Source: Rebecca billardiae RCC1528
Lineage: Eukaryota > Protista > Haptophyta
Assembly: GCA_965240325.2 (NCBI GenBank)
Contig: OZ251227.1
Location: 434,001 to 498,000 of the forward strand
DNA: 64,000 nt
Direction of reading: 5' to 3'
Shown here one piece after another: positions 34,691 to 45,765 of the stretch. Position 1 is the first letter of the stretch; each line of letters begins with the position of its first letter. Position numbers and translations under genes: made by a program. A model generated the notes under the pieces. The model had not been told where the DNA came from, searched no databases, and was given only the letters and a program-made list of their open reading frames with translations.

Positions 34691-35089
34691 GCGCTCGGTC
34701 GGGGCGCTGGACGCGCCAGCGCGCGCGCGCGCGCCAGCTAAGCCGCGGCCCGCTCCACCGCCAGGCAACACAGCCCGAGCGACCTGTGTTGGATCTCCGG
34801 GCTGAAGGGAGCCAACCAAGTGTTGAAGTGAATCATCTCCGGACGAGATTAAAGGAACCGCATATGTATGGGTAGGCGCCGTACATTCGATTGGCTATTT
34901 TGGACCCAATTCGGGCTCGACTGCCGACTAATGAGCCGAATGCACCCATATAGCAATTACAACACGCGGTGTATCACTGTATTCATCAGCATGATGACAA
35001 TGAGTTGACAACGAGATCATATTGGAGCTTGAGGCGCATCCGGACTGCTACCAACGAACAACCTCGGTCCAGTCCGGATAGTCGGCGCC

Positions 35090-38000
35090 ATGCCGAGCGG
35101 GCGGGGCGGGAAGCGGCCGCGGGAGGCCGGCGAGCTCCCGACTGTCGGCCTGGAGCCCGTGCCGGCCGTGGATGCGTCGGAGGATGAGAACTACTCCGGC
35201 CCCGTCGATCGCTGCAGCTCGCCTGTCGGCTCGCCACAGCCCATCAAAGTCGCGCTCAAGACGCACAGTCCGGTTTGCCCGAGCAGCGTCAAGGGCATGG
35301 AGGCTCGACCGCCTGGAGCCTCGACCGACGAGGCCGCACGTTCGGGCGTCGTCGTCGAGCTGGAGTTCGTCCACCCACTCAAGCGCGTCCACCCAGACGC
35401 CCTCACCACGCCAACCCTTCGCCTGCCCGATCCTGAGCACGTCACGGCCGATGCGGAGCATGGCAGCGCTCCCGTGTCTGCAGCGCCCACGGCAAAGCGA
35501 CGACGCCCGAGCCGTACGCGATCTGCAGACGAGCCGCGGGCAGCTGATCCGTCGGCGACGCCTGCACCGCTGGGCGCAGACAGAGTCCTCAGGCCCAGGC
35601 GCAGATCGGGCACGGCCGCTCCGCCCGCGAGGGCCGAGGCGGCGGCGGTGGATTCGGCCGCGGCGGTACCGCGGCGACCGGCGCGTGGTGCAGCATCTGA
35701 TGCCGGTGCGCAGTCCAGCGCGGCTGCGCCGGGCGCAGGTGCATCGCCATCAGCGAGCGCTGCACCCGACGGCGCGTCGCGCGAGCCAGCATGCGCGGCG
35801 GAAGCAGAGGCAGCGCGCCGTGCGGGGGCGGACGCGGGGGCGGCATGCGCTGCGGACGTGAAGGTGGAGGCAGCGGGCGCTGCTGAGGCGGAGCGCGCAG
35901 CAGAGCCGGCAACCGCTGCGCGGGAGGAGGAGGTGCGCGCGCCGGCAGGGGCCCGCACGAGGTGCTCGCCAGCGCCTGCGGTGGCAAAAAGCGCGCAGGC
36001 CGGCGGCCGCGCGCCCGACCGCGCGCGCAGACCGGCGCCTGCGCCGCGCACGGCTGCGGCCAAGAAGGTGCTCGTCTCGGGCGAGGAGACGCGCCTGTAC
36101 CTGTCCTGCGTGGACGGTGGCCTCGACGCCGTGTGCCGCGTGATGAACAACCTCGTCTCGATCCAGGACGACCCCGAGCACCCGGGTCTCGTGCTGCTCA
36201 TGCGGCGGAAGCCCAGCGGCTTGTACAAGCAGTGGGCGGTGGCCGATCTCGAGCGGCACGAGTGCCGGCTGGCGGGCCACGCGTTCGAGTGCGACACGAT
36301 CAAGGAGGCGGACGTGCTCGGGCAGTGGCTGCAGGGCGGACGGGTCGGACCGATGCCGCTGCGCCTCAAGATGCAGCCGGGGTACGCGCAGGCCAAGAAG
36401 GCCAAGAGCGGGGCCGACAGAAGGGCCATGCAGGAGGCGCGCGGCTCGCCTGCGCTGCTCGCGCAGGTGATGGCCGCGCGCGCGCGCACCGCCGGCGCGC
36501 ACCGCGAGCGCGTGAAGGAGGAGCCCGAGCACGACGGCGCGTGCGAGCCGGGCGAGGAGGCGCCGAGGCGCCGGGTTCGTGCCTCGGCGCCTCGCGTGCA
36601 GGAGGACCCCGAGTACGCGCAGCCGCTCCGGTGCTCTTTCGATCTGGGCGAGTACGAGCGCCACCGGCAGAGCGCCGCGCGCGACACGCAGCCAGGCGGC
36701 CGGTACCACGCGCTGTGGCTCGAGCAGCTGGCGCGCACGGAGCGCGTCATGCGCGCGGCGGCGGTGCTCGCGGCGCGCACGTGCCACGACGGCGAGCCCG
36801 CGCAGCCGGCCGCGCCCGCACCGCGGGCTGAGGCGGCGCCGGCGGCCGCGAATGCCAGCGTGCGCGGCGTGGATGCTGCGCACGCGCCCGAGTCGAGCCG
36901 CGCCGCCCTTCCGGCGCCAGAGTCGCCCCTCGCTGCCGCATCCGCGCCGGCGGCACTTCCCGCGGCTGCGGGCGCGCCGGCCTCGCTGCTCGCAGCCGCC
37001 GATGTGGCGGCCGCAGAGCCCGCAACCGCCGACGCGCCCGCTGTGCCGCCCACAGCCACGGCCGGGGCGGCCGAACCGCCCGCAGCCGCGGGCTCGCCCG
37101 CCGTGCCGCCCGCAGCCGAGTCAGCGCCGGCCGCGCTGACCGCACCCGCGGCCGCGCCCGCCGCCAGGGCTGCAGTCACGGCCGCGCCGGCCGCGCCGCC
37201 TGCAGCCGAACGCGCGGCCGCGCCAGCCGCGCTGCCAGCAGCCACGCCCGTGCCCAGTGCGGCCAGGCTGATCGCGCCGCCTGCAGCCACGCCTCAGCTG
37301 GCCGCAGCCGCGGCCGCGCCGGGCGCGCCGCCCGCCGCTGCGGCCGCACCGGACGCGCCGCCCGCGGCCGCGGCCGTACCGGCCACGCCGCCCACGCCCG
37401 CGACCGCACCGGCCACGCCGCCACACGTCGCGGCCGCGCCAGCCGCGCCAGCTGCGCCGCCCGCGGCCGCGCCAGCCGCGCCGCCCGCAGCCGCCGAGTG
37501 CGACGAGCCGATCGCCGAGCTCTCGGCGCTGGTCGAGCTCGCGCGACAGATCTTCGGCGGGCTGGGCATGGCCGGCCCGAAGCAGATCCCGAGCGAGATC
37601 GATATCTGCCGCGGTGTCGTCTCGGCCGCTGACGGGCTCGGCCGCGTCGAGCGCTCCGAGTGGACGGCGGAGGCGGGCCCGCTCATCTTCTCGCCGTCCG
37701 AGCTGGGCGACCTCGAGGCGGCCGGGCTGCACGTCCCGGGCTGGCGCGACTTCTCCGACGTACGCGCGCGCGCGCGTCCGAGCTGCGCCCAGCCCGCGCG
37801 CCCGCTGCGCGCTCAACCCCGTCCGCCGCGCGCGCGCGCGCGCCCGGCCTCGCCGCTGCGTGCCGCCGCTGCGTGCCGCGCAGGTGCTGGAGGGCAAGCA
37901 CGCGGAGGCGGGCAGCAGGCTCAAGAAGGGCTCCAAGCTCAACAAGTCGGACCTGCGCAACGGGCAGCAGGGGCAGATGCGCACGGCAGAGGTGGTGAGG

Positions 38001-39029
38001 CAGCTGCAGACGCCCGCGAGCGCGCGCACCTCGCTGCTCAACTCGATCACCGAGATCAAGGCGGGCGAGCTCAACGTGAGCCTGCCGCGCGCGCTCGAGG
38101 CGCAGCGCGTGAGCAACCTGTGGTGGCCGGTCGACTCGGCGGTGCAGACCTTCCTGCTGCTCTCGATGCGGCAGTGCTCGATGTCGTACCACCTCGACCT
38201 GTGGGCGACCGCGGTGTTCTACAACGTGCGCTGGGGCTGCAAGGTCTTCGCGCTCGCGCCGCCCACCGAGCACAACCTCAAGCTGCTGCGCGCGTGGCAG
38301 GTGCGCGGCGAGCTGGACTCGGGCGAGGCGGGCGGAGGCGCCGTGTTCCCGCGCGACCTCCAGGGCTTCACGGTCGCGGTGCTCGAGGCGGGCTCGGCGG
38401 TCGCGATCCCCGCGGGCTGGATCCACGCGGTGTACACGCCCGAGGACTCGTGCGTCTTCGGCTGGAACTTCCACACCTGCGCGCAGCTCAGCACGTCGCT
38501 CGAGGCGATCACTGCCAACTGGGGCGAGAAGATGGCCGAGATGTGCGCGCGCGCACACGGCCGGGCGGTTGCGCCGCCGCGTGCACGGGCGCGCGCGCGC
38601 GCGCGGCGGTGCCCTGGTGGGCACGTGAGCCCACAGCTCCCCGGCCGCGCACACTGCCCCCGTCGCGCCGCGCCGCGCCGCGCCACGCCGCGCAGGCGGC
38701 AGACGCGAGCGTTCACCGTCGCCAAGCTCGACGCCGGCCTGTGGCAGCTCGCGACGGCGGTGACCAACAGCCACGACTTCCCGTTCCATCCGTTCAGCGC
38801 GCTCACCGCTGACCTCGACCTCTCGCGCCGAGCAGTCGCTCGCTCCATGAGCGTGCTCGCGGAGTACCTGACGGGCGACTGGACTCGCAACGAGCGAGAC
38901 GGCAAGATGCGCGGCCACTTCCCACGGGTCGCCCCGAAGGACGCTGCCTGCCTCGCGTACAAGGAGCCCAAGGCCGTGCTCGATCGGCTGTTCGCGCTCC
39001 TGCAGGAGTACCTCAGGGCACCGCCATGA
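35090..39029 (+). CDS. JmjC-domain protein, KDM2/KDM7 (JHDM1/PHF8)-like histone demethylase; introns 37760-37883 and 38543-38695
   Basis: YHLDLWATAVFYNVRWGCKVFALAPPT and IPAGWIHAVYTPEDSCVFGWNF give an HxD...H triad with the 2-OG Lys. Long Pro/Ala-rich linker upstream. Confidence 0.82.
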
Positions 39030-39315
39030 AAGTCGGACCGACCGATCCCGTGCAGCCAGGCCGGCGAGATTGGCGGCGCTGACTCAGCTGCCGTGGCGGA
39101 CGGCTGAGGATTTGCTGCGCGGGTGTTTGCGTCGACCGACGGATGTATCGGTGGCCGGCCCCATATGCTTGTGACGACACTGCCGGTGAGTGATGGTCCA
39201 CCCGGCTCAGTAATCCCCAGCACGCCGCCATCGAAATCCGGTTACAATAAACGTTACCGCCACCATCGGTGACAGTGAACGAGAAACGACCCGGCATCTC
39301 CAGAACGAAAAAACG

Positions 39316-39905
39316 ATGGCACCCACGGTGGTTTTGGACGCGCGCGCGCGCAAGGTGGTCGAGGAGAAGGACGAGCAGCTGCAGGAGGCTCGGGACGAGA
39401 TCGGGAAGCTACGATCAAATCTCTCGAAGAAAGAGAAGGCGGTAAGTACTAGCGCGTGGTCCGCCCCGCACCAATCAAGGCTGCGACTGCGTGCGCCGTC
39501 TCACCCCGTGCCCTCCCGGCCTGCCCTGCCCCGGCACTGCAGCTCAAAGAGGCCACCGAATCGCTTACTCGCCTGAGACGGCAGCACACCGAGCTGCAGA
39601 GCAAACATGACAGCTTGTCAGAGCTTTCAACGCAGCAGCAGCAAACCATCGAACGCCTCGAGGACGAGCTTGCCAAGGCAAATCGCCTCAACCGCAACTA
39701 CCTCAACGAGGTCACTAAGCAGGATCAGATGCTCTCCCTCGTATGCGCGTACAAGGGAGAGGACGAGCGCCGGGACATTGCCATGCTGCTGCACGAGAAC
39801 ATCACCTTGGAAGAAAAGGTCGAACGGTTGCAAGCGCAGGTCAAGCGGCTGGCACGCGAGAATGTTGCAGCGCTCAACGAGGACTGGGAAGGATTCGACG
39901 ACTGA
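39316..39905 (+). CDS. Small coiled-coil protein; intron 39442-39542
   Basis: A GTAAGT..GCAG intron joins two heptad-rich ORFs in frame. Confidence 0.75.
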
Positions 39906-40963
39906 CAGACTGTCTACTGACCGAGTGACCGTCGACTGACGTCTCTCAGAGCGGCTCCCGGCGGCCGGAGGCGTCCTCCGTTTTTGTCCTGCTGATCCGC
40001 CACGTAGCACAATAGTCCGTCTCACTCGCGCCGTACTCGGCGGATGCGCCGTACTACTACTCGGCGGATGTCGCAAGTGACACTCCGAGACTTCGGACGG
40101 AGTCACTTAATTTATACTAAGTAAAGTATTAAATCACTCATTTACCTAATTATTAACAGCCTAACGAGTACCGTGATGCCTGAGTGAGTGACGGTGGTTA
40201 CGTAGTCAGGCAATTCCGACGTCGAGACTCGAGAGTCAGGCCGCGGCCGCGCGGCGCGGCCGCGCCGACTTCAGCGGGCTGCTCAAGTGCTCAGCTGCCC
40301 GCGCCAGTCAGGCTCGGCCGCCCAGCGACCGCCGTACTGTAGCACTTGCTACCGCCGCGGCCTGCGGCATATAGCTGGCGCGGCTGAAATTGATGCCTGA
40401 ATGAGCCATCGTCTGGACGATCACTAGACCAGACACCAGTGCGGCCGAGCACCACCGACGGACTGGCTGAGTAGTGGCTGCCAGTTAGGCAGTTGTTTCA
40501 GTTATATATATATGTAGCTTAGTAGCAGCCGGACATAAAGCTGCTCGATCCTGGCCTCCCCTTTCCCGCCCCCGGCGTCTCCGCACTGGCGAGCCCCAGT
40601 TGTCAATGGCGTCCAGACAGACGAGAGAGAACAAAACGTACGTGTACTAGCTACTACCCATACTATGATTTAAAGTGCAGTAAGCTACGACATCTTTGGG
40701 CCCCCCGGCTCCGGTGGTGTCGTGGCTGCGAGAGTGTCCTCTGGTACCGCAAGCAAGGACGTCTAGATCCTCCTCGGGATTGCTCATGCCTCATCCTTGC
40801 CTCATCGTCGTCGCAAATATGAATGCTCTGCGGCTGCACTCTGCAAGCAGCTCTCAACTTGGAATTCCGCGCGCGCCTTTCCGGACTCTTTATTGGTCAG
40901 CATCTGTGGTGAAACCGGCGCTTTGTGGCCGACGCGGCGACGCCGCGCCTGCGATACTGTACG

Positions 40964-42391
40964 ATGGCGGCGGAGACGCCGCCCTGCTCGTTGGACGCGG
41001 TGCCACCAGACCTGGTGGTGCACGCGCTCGCCATGCTGGACGACGTGGTCGATTTCGTGCGTGCAGCGCGCGTGTCTTCTCGCCTTCGCGAGCTCGTCGA
41101 GCGCGCCCTCCTCCTTCGCGCGGCTGCTTCAGAAGCGCTCGGCAGCGCGCAGCCGCCCGAAGAGGGGCTGTCCTGGACGCCTACGCTTCTATTGCGCGAG
41201 ATCCGCGCGCGTACGCGTCACGGCATCGTATCTGGCGGCACATACTCGTCCGCGATCGTCACCGCCGACGGCCATCTGCTCACGTGTGGGGGGCCCACGC
41301 TGCTGACCGCAAATCGTGTTCGGCCGGAGATCAGCCTCGGCCTCGGGATCCATGCCCGCGTCGATGAGCATGCGGAGGTCGCACCCGTGCCCGTCCCGAC
41401 GCGCGTGACTCGCGTGCAGGGACCAGCAACCGCTGTTGCTGTACACCCGTCCTCGATGTGCACTGCGGTGACCACCGCGGACGGCGGCGCTGCTGTTTTT
41501 GGCCGAGGCGGATGGAGCTGCGCGCGCGCTGAGCTGGACGAAGAAGGGACGGGCGTGGTGATGATCGCCTGCTTGCCTCGCAACGAGCTGCTAGCGCTGT
41601 ATGCTGACGGGCAGATGCGCTGCGTCGACAGCCGGCGCGCGGCGCTGCCCCTTCACTGCGCGATCCCAGCAGGCATGCTCTCCCCAGCGCACATTGTGAG
41701 CGTGAGTGCCTCTGAGACCCATGTCGTCTTTGTGAGCGCAGCTGGTCATGCGTACACGTGGGTCACACCAGGCGCCGAGCCCTCGTACGAGGCGCTCGGG
41801 CATGGCGAGGTCGCGGTGAGCGTGACCCACCCAACCCTCGTGGAGTCTCTTGCCCACTCGGGCGTGCGCATCGTCAGCGCGGCTGCGGCGAGCAACCGGA
41901 CCGTCTTCGCGTCGGCCAGCGGAGCCGTGCTCAGCTGCGGCTACTGGTACTTCTTTGAGCTCGACCCGCTGAGCGCGGATGGGGCGCGGCGCCCAATCCC
42001 CACGCACGACGCGGGCGCGTTTGGACGCGAAGGAGCTGCGCGCGCCGTGTACGTCAGCGCCAGTGACCTGCACACGCTCGCCATCTCGACGGATGGCGCT
42101 GTCTACTCGTGGGGCTCTTGCCACCATGGTGCGCTTGGCCACCCCGAGCTGCAAGACCATCGCCTGCCACGCGTCATCGATGCCCTTGCGCGCGTGCGAG
42201 CCGTCTCTGTCCATGCAGCATCCTGTCACTCGATCGTCGTCGCAGATGACGGCGCCGTGTACACCTTTGGGGAAGGAGATGGCGGCAAACTCGGACACGG
42301 ACCGAATGAGGAGGGCGCAATGTCCACGCCGCGACCGCTGCTTGGGGTCACGGCTTCACTGCTGGTGGCATCATCACCCGGCGGCGTATAA
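40964..42391 (+). CDS. F-box-like / RCC1-repeat protein
   Basis: N-terminal LDAVPPDLVVHALAML...RAARVSSRLREL (F-box-like). RCC1 repeats HTLAISTDGAVYSWGSCHHGALGH and HSIVVADDGAVYTFGEGDGGKLGHG. Confidence 0.85.
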   Translation: MAAETPPCSLDAVPPDLVVHALAMLDDVVDFVRAARVSSRLRELVERALLLRAAASEALGSAQPPEEGLSWTPTLLLREIRARTRHGIVSGGTYSSAIVTADGHLLTCGGPTLLTANRVRPEISLGLGIHARVDEHAEVAPVPVPTRVTRVQGPATAVAVHPSSMCTAVTTADGGAAVFGRGGWSCARAELDEEGTGVVMIACLPRNELLALYADGQMRCVDSRRAALPLHCAIPAGMLSPAHIVSVSASETHVVFVSAAGHAYTWVTPGAEPSYEALGHGEVAVSVTHPTLVESLAHSGVRIVSAAAASNRTVFASASGAVLSCGYWYFFELDPLSADGARRPIPTHDAGAFGREGAARAVYVSASDLHTLAISTDGAVYSWGSCHHGALGHPELQDHRLPRVIDALARVRAVSVHAASCHSIVVADDGAVYTFGEGDGGKLGHGPNEEGAMSTPRPLLGVTASLLVASSPGGV

Positions 42392-42631
42392 TGACTATAT
42401 GATTCGGAGGCTTCAGGGTATTGAACGACCGTATCGCGCGTCGCCACTCGTCGTTATTTCAGCAGATTATTTATATTTATTATTTTTAAATAATATAATC
42501 TACTGAGCTAAGCTCAGCCACGGTCGTGACGGAAGTGAGTGACGATGATCGATATATATATATATATGCTGCATCATGTCACTTTCGATCATCCGCCGAC
42601 ATTCGGTAGCGCAGTACGACACTGAGTGCTG

Positions 42632-43816
42632 TCACACGTCTGGCTCTGGCTCGTCCTGAGCAGCACTGCCAGGAGGGTCCTCCGCACCCTCCACGCTCTC
42701 CACGCTGCCCGGGGGCAGATCGAGACCCGCCCGATCGTCGCGCTCAGGAGGCATCGGCGGGGCACCAGTGGCGATCCCCGGATCTGTGGTCGCGACGGGC
42801 ATACTCGGCGGCCATCCCATGAGTTCCGCCGGCCCCAACCCCATCCGGCCGAGCACCAGGCCCGCAACGAGCGAGGCGAGCGCGGCTGACCACGACCAGC
42901 CGCCAACGCGCGCTGCGGGCTTTGCGCGCTCGCCGGCGCTGCGCGCGCGTGAGGCGCTCGCCGCCTGCTTGGGCGGGGAGGTCGCGGCGAGGCGGGGATC
43001 GAGCTCGACGGGCGAGTCCTCCTCGGGCCACGTTGCCGCCGCGGCGAGCACGCGCTCGCGCACCTCCTCCCCAAGCCCGTCAAGCGCAAGCTCGCCATCC
43101 GCGTCTGCAACCGACCGATCGGCGCCGCGCGCGAGGAGCAGCGCGAGCAGCGTCTCGTGCTCGCACATCGCGGCCATATGCAGTGCGGTGAGCCCGTCGC
43201 TATCGGTCGCATTCGCTGAGACCCCTCGGGCGATCAGCGCCCGCGCCACGTCCACGTGCCCCGAGTCGCTCGCCCAGTGCAAGAGCGTGCGCCCGTCCTC
43301 GTCCGTGCGCTGCAGCAGCGCCGCGCCGCTGTCCGGCGCCTCGTCGAGCAGATCGAGCAGCCGCGCGAGCTCGCCCTGCTGGGCACACTCGATGGCCCGC
43401 TCGTGCACGCTGAGCCCCCCCGGCGGGGCCGCTGGCTTGGGCTGCGCCGGCATGCTGAACACCGCAGCGCCGACGCGTGACATGAGCTGGTCCTCAACCT
43501 CTGCTGCCATCTCGTCGTCCTCGAGGCCGTCGTCCGCGCCCGAGCCGGACGCGCCGCAGAGCTGGGCGACGGCCTGAACGTACACATGCTGCGCAGCAGA
43601 GGTGCCCAGCCCCACCACGCTGCGCCAGGCCGTCCACTTGGCATGCTCCTGCACGCGCAGTCTGCTCGGTCCAGCGCTCGGCGCGTCGCCCTCGGTCGCC
43701 TGCTTGTACAGCGCGTACAGGCGCAGCTTGTGCGACGTGCCCAGTGTGGGCATCTGCGACGAGCGCGCCAGCTCGACCGCCGCTCGGAACTGCTCCTCTG
43801 TGGCGTCTTGGCCCAT
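42632..43816 (-). CDS. Acyl-CoA-binding protein with ankyrin repeats (ACBD6-like) and a C-terminal TM segment
   Basis: KLRLYALYKQATEG...KWTAW (ACBP). Ankyrins GRTLLHWASDSGH and GLTALHMAAMCEH. Confidence 0.9.
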   Translation of the reverse strand: MGQDATEEQFRAAVELARSSQMPTLGTSHKLRLYALYKQATEGDAPSAGPSRLRVQEHAKWTAWRSVVGLGTSAAQHVYVQAVAQLCGASGSGADDGLEDDEMAAEVEDQLMSRVGAAVFSMPAQPKPAAPPGGLSVHERAIECAQQGELARLLDLLDEAPDSGAALLQRTDEDGRTLLHWASDSGHVDVARALIARGVSANATDSDGLTALHMAAMCEHETLLALLLARGADRSVADADGELALDGLGEEVRERVLAAAATWPEEDSPVELDPRLAATSPPKQAASASRARSAGERAKPAARVGGWSWSAALASLVAGLVLGRMGLGPAELMGWPPSMPVATTDPGIATGAPPMPPERDDRAGLDLPPGSVESVEGAEDPPGSAAQDEPEPDV

Positions 43817-43926
43817 GCTCGCACGCTATTGAGACCCCGCGGCTGAGTCCGAATCAGGGCGGCGCTCGCCCCCGCCGCGTCTCTTGCGACGCGCCAAGAG
43901 CTGCCCGCCCTCACTTTCGGACGACG

Positions 43927-45285
43927 ATGGCGGCCGCAATCGCAGTGGCGACCCTCTTGGGGCTCGCAGCGGGGAGCCATGGGGACGGCCAAGTCGCCCC
44001 CGCGTCTTCTTGCACGTTCCCGTCGTCGCCGCTCCCACGCTGCTCGTACGCCCTCTTCATCCACATTCCCAAGACCGGAGGCACGAGCATGCGACTCTTT
44101 ATCATGAACCAGCCGGGCTTTGTGTACATGCTGCTCCGCGTCGACCGCACGTGCTTGCCGAGGAACACCGCCGAGCTGCTTCGCGGCTCGCCCGTCGTCT
44201 CCTGGTCTTGCCTGCTCGAGCAGCTGCGCACGAACCACTCCTTCGTCGCGGCGAACCCGAGGCTCGTGCTCGAGGTGCACGGCGGCATGCCCAACTCGAC
44301 GCGGCTCGCCGAGCAGCTGAGCGCCGCCGCATCGCTGCCACCGCTCGCCTCACTCGGGTGCCGCACGACGTCGTTCGCGCTGATACGCGACCCGCTCAAG
44401 TTCGTCTCCTCCAACCTGCACGACAGCTTCAAGCACTCGTGGTTCAAGCGCGAGTACGCGCAGCTTGCGCAGCCGCTCGCCCCGGCCGCTGATCCGGCCG
44501 TCCCAAAGGGCAAGCAGATCCGCGCCGCGGACTACCGCAACGAGCGGCTGCACGCGCAGCTGCCGAGGTGGCTTCCGCGGCTCGTAGACTCGCAAGTACG
44601 CCAAGTGCACGTCTACGCCGCCGGCTCGCTCGAGCTGAGCTCGTCCAAGGCGCCGATCCAGCACTCGCACGTGGCCGCAGTGCGTGCCTTCCTGCGCACG
44701 CTCGACGTCGTGGGCGTGACCGAGCGCGCCGCCGACTCTCTCGTGTGGATCATCGAGGCGACGGGCTTTCAGAACACGCTGTACCACGTGGCGGGGGCGA
44801 ACGACATCGTCAAGAATTTTATCCGCAACCACCGCCCGCACTGGGCGGTGAAGGAGAAGCCCGTCCTGGGCGCGGTCGCCAACCAGTCGGGCCGCGACCA
44901 GCTGATCCACGCGGACGCGATGCGGATGCTCGACCGGGCGGTGGCCGCGGGCGGCGCGGCGTTCCGGTGCAGGGTGGGGCTCTTCAAGCAGCAGAAGGTG
45001 ATGGTCAACCCGAAGCGTTACCCGTGCGTCGAGGGGCTGGTCAACGACCCGCGCGCGCCGTGGGCGCGGTGCATCCCCGTGCACCTGTGCGGTACGTCGT
45101 ACGCACCCGTCTGCACCAAGCCAGGCGAGGCCCTCCCGACGGGAGCGAAGCGGGTGGCGCCGATGCGACGAGGCTCGCGTGAGGGGAGGCCAGGCCGGAC
45201 GCGGCGCCTGAGCGTGCTTCCCGCGCGCGCCTCGTCATCGGCACCATCAGCGACGGCATCACCGTCGCCGGTGGTTGCAGGCTGA
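43927..45285 (+). CDS. Sulfotransferase-fold protein (secretory/Golgi type)
   Basis: Signal peptide, 5'-PSB motif FIHIPKTGGTS, 3'-PB motif IRDPLKFVSS and VVGVTER. Confidence 0.8.
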   Translation: MAAAIAVATLLGLAAGSHGDGQVAPASSCTFPSSPLPRCSYALFIHIPKTGGTSMRLFIMNQPGFVYMLLRVDRTCLPRNTAELLRGSPVVSWSCLLEQLRTNHSFVAANPRLVLEVHGGMPNSTRLAEQLSAAASLPPLASLGCRTTSFALIRDPLKFVSSNLHDSFKHSWFKREYAQLAQPLAPAADPAVPKGKQIRAADYRNERLHAQLPRWLPRLVDSQVRQVHVYAAGSLELSSSKAPIQHSHVAAVRAFLRTLDVVGVTERAADSLVWIIEATGFQNTLYHVAGANDIVKNFIRNHRPHWAVKEKPVLGAVANQSGRDQLIHADAMRMLDRAVAAGGAAFRCRVGLFKQQKVMVNPKRYPCVEGLVNDPRAPWARCIPVHLCGTSYAPVCTKPGEALPTGAKRVAPMRRGSREGRPGRTRRLSVLPARASSSAPSATASPSPVVAG

Positions 45286-45765
45286 GTCGTGTAAGCCCGC
45301 CCCGTCCTGAGTCCGCAACACTAAGCTGCTACTATGGCATCAGCTGTCAGCAGCAGCAGTGACACTACTGTACGCCGCACGGCACGAGTGACGAGTGCCC
45401 CGCTGAGCTATCGAGACTGCTCAGAGCAAGAATCGTTTCTGCCCCGGCCGGGAGTGTACGCGCCTAGCTACGTACGCGCGGTTATCGTTGCGCGGATTCG
45501 TCATCGTCCTATAGTACGTCTGCTAGCAGCTTCATCGACATTGGATGTTCAGGACTCGGCCTGATGAGTGATGTAGCCTGACCATGACTATTGACTCAAT
45601 GAGTAGTGACTCAACGGTGACGTGATGTCGTCATCACGATATGCGCTGATGCGCTGAGCATGCCTCAGACGTCTTCCGCCTCGGATGATATGGTACAGGT
45701 TTGTCTTGCACGACGGTGACACTGACACTTGCGGGCACCGTTGACTGGGAGCGTTGACGAGTCGA

